Shown here piece by piece: positions 62,273 through 64,000 of a stretch of 64,000 nt of DNA. Location of the stretch: the NCBI GenBank assembly GCA_024743115.1, contig JANSXC010000001.1:117628-181627 (forward strand), in the 5' to 3' direction. The notes under the pieces are model-generated. The model worked only from the letters and a program-made list of their open reading frames with translations. It was not told the origin of the DNA and searched no databases. The first letter of the stretch is position 1; each line of letters starts with the position of its first letter. Position numbers and translations under genes: made by a program. This DNA is from a bacterium (GTDB lineage Bacteria; Planctomycetota; UBA1135; UBA2386).

Positions 62273-63916
62273 ATGGTGTCCGGCGGCATCGAAGAGGAAC
62301 ACTGTACTGGTACCCGGCGAGGTGATTCGCGCGGCTGGCTCATACCCGTCGCGCTTGTGCTCGTGTTCTGGCCGGCGTTGCTCGGCGATTACGTCGGCGA
62401 TGACCACCGCCTCATCGCGAACAACGTCGCGCTGCGCGAACACGATTTCGCGGCGATGCTCACGCAGCCGCTCTTCGGAATCGAGGTTGGCTACTGGCGA
62501 CCCGTGACCGTTCTCGGCTTCTGGCTCGGGTACACTCTGGCCGGCGCGTTCGGCGTGCATCTGCTCGCGCTCCTCGCGCACGTCGCGGCCACGTTCTTCG
62601 TCCAGAAGATCGCGGGCCGCTTCGTTGCCCCGGCGATGGCGCGGTGGATTGCACTCGTGTTCGCGCTGCATCCGGTGCAGGTCGAGAGTCTGACGTGGTG
62701 CGCCGCGCTCAACGATGGTCTCTGGAGCCTGGCCGCCCTCGGCGCGATGCTTGCCGCGGCGAGATGGCGTGACTCGCGCGGCTGGTGGGCCCTGCTCGCA
62801 GTCGGTTCCTGGTGCCTGCTCGCGCTTCTCGCCAAGGAAACGGGCGCCGTAGCGATCCCGCTCGCGCTCGCTGCGGCTGCCTGGTTGCCCGGGACCTCCG
62901 GGGCCATCCCACGGTTTCGTTGGTGGCCGCTTCTGACCCTGTTGACGATGGTGTTCGCGGCCTGGCTCGCGGCGCGCGCCTGGGTGTTGTCCGAACCACT
63001 CGGTATCGTGCTGTCGGGCCTGGGAGAGAATCGCTGTGACTTCGATCCGGCGCGGGCCACCTCGATCCTGCACGGTCAGCTCGTGCTGTTGGTCTGGCCG
63101 TTTCCGCTGATCCCCCTGCGCATCCCGGCGCCGGTCGGTGCCGTCGTCGTGAGTCTGATGATCGCTCTCGGTATCGCGGCCTGCGCGGCAATCTGGCGCC
63201 GGCGGACCAGCTCACGCTGGTTGTTCGGGCTCGTGGTGGTGCTCCTTCCGATTGCCCCGGTCGCGTTGCACCACGAGACGATCGGGCTGTATCCGATCGC
63301 CGACCGCTATCTGTATCTGTCGGTCGCAGGGTTCGCGCTGCTGGTCGGCAGCCTGCCGATGCCGGGACCGGCCTGGCTCCGCTGGATATTGCTCGGGGCA
63401 ATGGCCGTGGGGTCGTTCCGTGGTTCGTTCTTGCGCCAGGACGACGACACGCTCGCGGTGCATTCCCTCGAGTACCTGCCGCAGGATCCAGCGATTCTCG
63501 TGATGGCGGCGGATGCCCGTCTGGGCGCTGCGTTCGACGGCGATCCGTTTGCCTTGTTGCGCTGCGAGCGACTCTACCGCCGAGCGCTGGCTCGGATCGA
63601 AACCGCCGACGAACGCGAGCAACGCAAGCGCACGCGCGCCACCGCCCAGCTCGGGTTGGCCTGGTGTCGCCTGTTGCGATGGTCGGCGGCGGACAGGGCC
63701 GAGAAGCCGCCCGCGAGTGAGGTGCTGGACGCGTTTCGGGCAGCCATCGAATGCGATCCACGCGACCCTGCTGCCTGGGCCGGCCTCGGCGTGGCGAGTG
63801 GCGAGCTCGGCCGGATCAAGGCCGCGCGTGCCGCGTTCGAGCACGCGCTCGAACTCGAACCGCATAACGCCGCCGCGCGCCGGGGACTTCGCCGACTCGA
63901 GTCCGTGCCGAAGTGA
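62273..63916 (+). CDS. Polytopic GT-C-like (PMT/ArnT/TMTC-like) membrane protein with C-terminal TPR repeats
   Basis: 547-aa ORF. The ATG at 62273 is preceded by CAGGAG. An acidic first-loop motif (YVGDDHRLIANN) is followed by more than 8 hydrophobic helices and a HPVQVESLTWCAALND motif. C-terminal TPR example: AAWAGLGVASGELGRIKAARAAFEHALELEPHNAAARRGL. Confidence 0.7.
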   Translation: MVSGGIEEEHCTGTRRGDSRGWLIPVALVLVFWPALLGDYVGDDHRLIANNVALREHDFAAMLTQPLFGIEVGYWRPVTVLGFWLGYTLAGAFGVHLLALLAHVAATFFVQKIAGRFVAPAMARWIALVFALHPVQVESLTWCAALNDGLWSLAALGAMLAAARWRDSRGWWALLAVGSWCLLALLAKETGAVAIPLALAAAAWLPGTSGAIPRFRWWPLLTLLTMVFAAWLAARAWVLSEPLGIVLSGLGENRCDFDPARATSILHGQLVLLVWPFPLIPLRIPAPVGAVVVSLMIALGIAACAAIWRRRTSSRWLFGLVVVLLPIAPVALHHETIGLYPIADRYLYLSVAGFALLVGSLPMPGPAWLRWILLGAMAVGSFRGSFLRQDDDTLAVHSLEYLPQDPAILVMAADARLGAAFDGDPFALLRCERLYRRALARIETADEREQRKRTRATAQLGLAWCRLLRWSAADRAEKPPASEVLDAFRAAIECDPRDPAAWAGLGVASGELGRIKAARAAFEHALELEPHNAAARRGLRRLESVPK

Positions 63917-64000
63917 CCCAGGAGCAACTCCTGGAGCGGATCAATTGCCGCCGCCGCGGTCGAGCCGTCGTGCAGCCCGAACGCCGACGTCCAATTCGTA

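Noticed and set aside
63913-64000. Possible next gene, starting with a GTG that overlaps the stop of the GT-C/TPR gene (GTGA) and running off the right edge
   Set aside because: Only 29 codons are visible (VTQEQLLERINCRRRGRAVVQPERRRPIR). That is too short and too Arg-rich to support a call.
1-64000. Search for CRISPR arrays, tRNA/rRNA genes, IS elements, integrases, and long direct or terminal inverted repeats
   Set aside because: None were recognised by eye. All intergenic gaps are 313 bp or shorter, and none shows a tRNA-like or repeat-spacer organisation. A computational scan (tRNAscan-SE, Infernal, ISEScan, self-dotplot) would be needed to exclude them formally.

Overview
This is a high-GC (by eye about two-thirds G+C), densely coding bacterial chromosomal segment. 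I call about 44 protein-coding genes. I recognised no rRNA, tRNA, CRISPR array, transposase or integrase. The gene content resembles Planctomycetota or Myxococcota, but taxonomy cannot be established from the sequence alone.

Three themes dominate:
1. Signalling genes are unusually dense. There are six Hanks-type Ser/Thr kinases with different sensor domains (TPR, PD40 propeller, WD40, FHA). There are five stand-alone ECF sigma factors, two of them clearly of the kinase-coupled TIGR02999/ECF43 type. A sixth ECF sigma is fused through one transmembrane helix to about eight carboxypeptidase-regulatory-like repeats.
2. There are many large Sec-dependent repeat proteins: ELWxxDGT, FG-GAP, FG-GAP/VCBS, two Kelch proteins and one orphan fold. 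Five of them end in the same ~120-135 aa C-terminal module, which I cannot assign to a known sorting signal. Each of the five lies next to a sigma/kinase module.
3. The remaining genes are accessory functions. They include an ArsR-SRPBCC operon, RidA, an ATP-grasp enzyme, a SulP transporter with a divergent wHTH regulator and palindromic operators, and an FRG-domain orphan. There is also a prepilin-like multi-TM zinc-ribbon protein, and a peroxidase cluster (animal-type haem peroxidase, two lipoproteins, and a beta-propeller/di-haem cytochrome c peroxidase-like protein), followed immediately downstream by a GT-C/TPR membrane protein.

Limits: many long ORFs in the supplied track are Arg/Pro/Ala-rich shadow frames and were discarded. 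Start codons are my choices, derived from ORF-track arithmetic and checked against the printed sequence, so alternative starts within a few codons remain possible. All family assignments rest on motifs I recognise by eye, not on searches.
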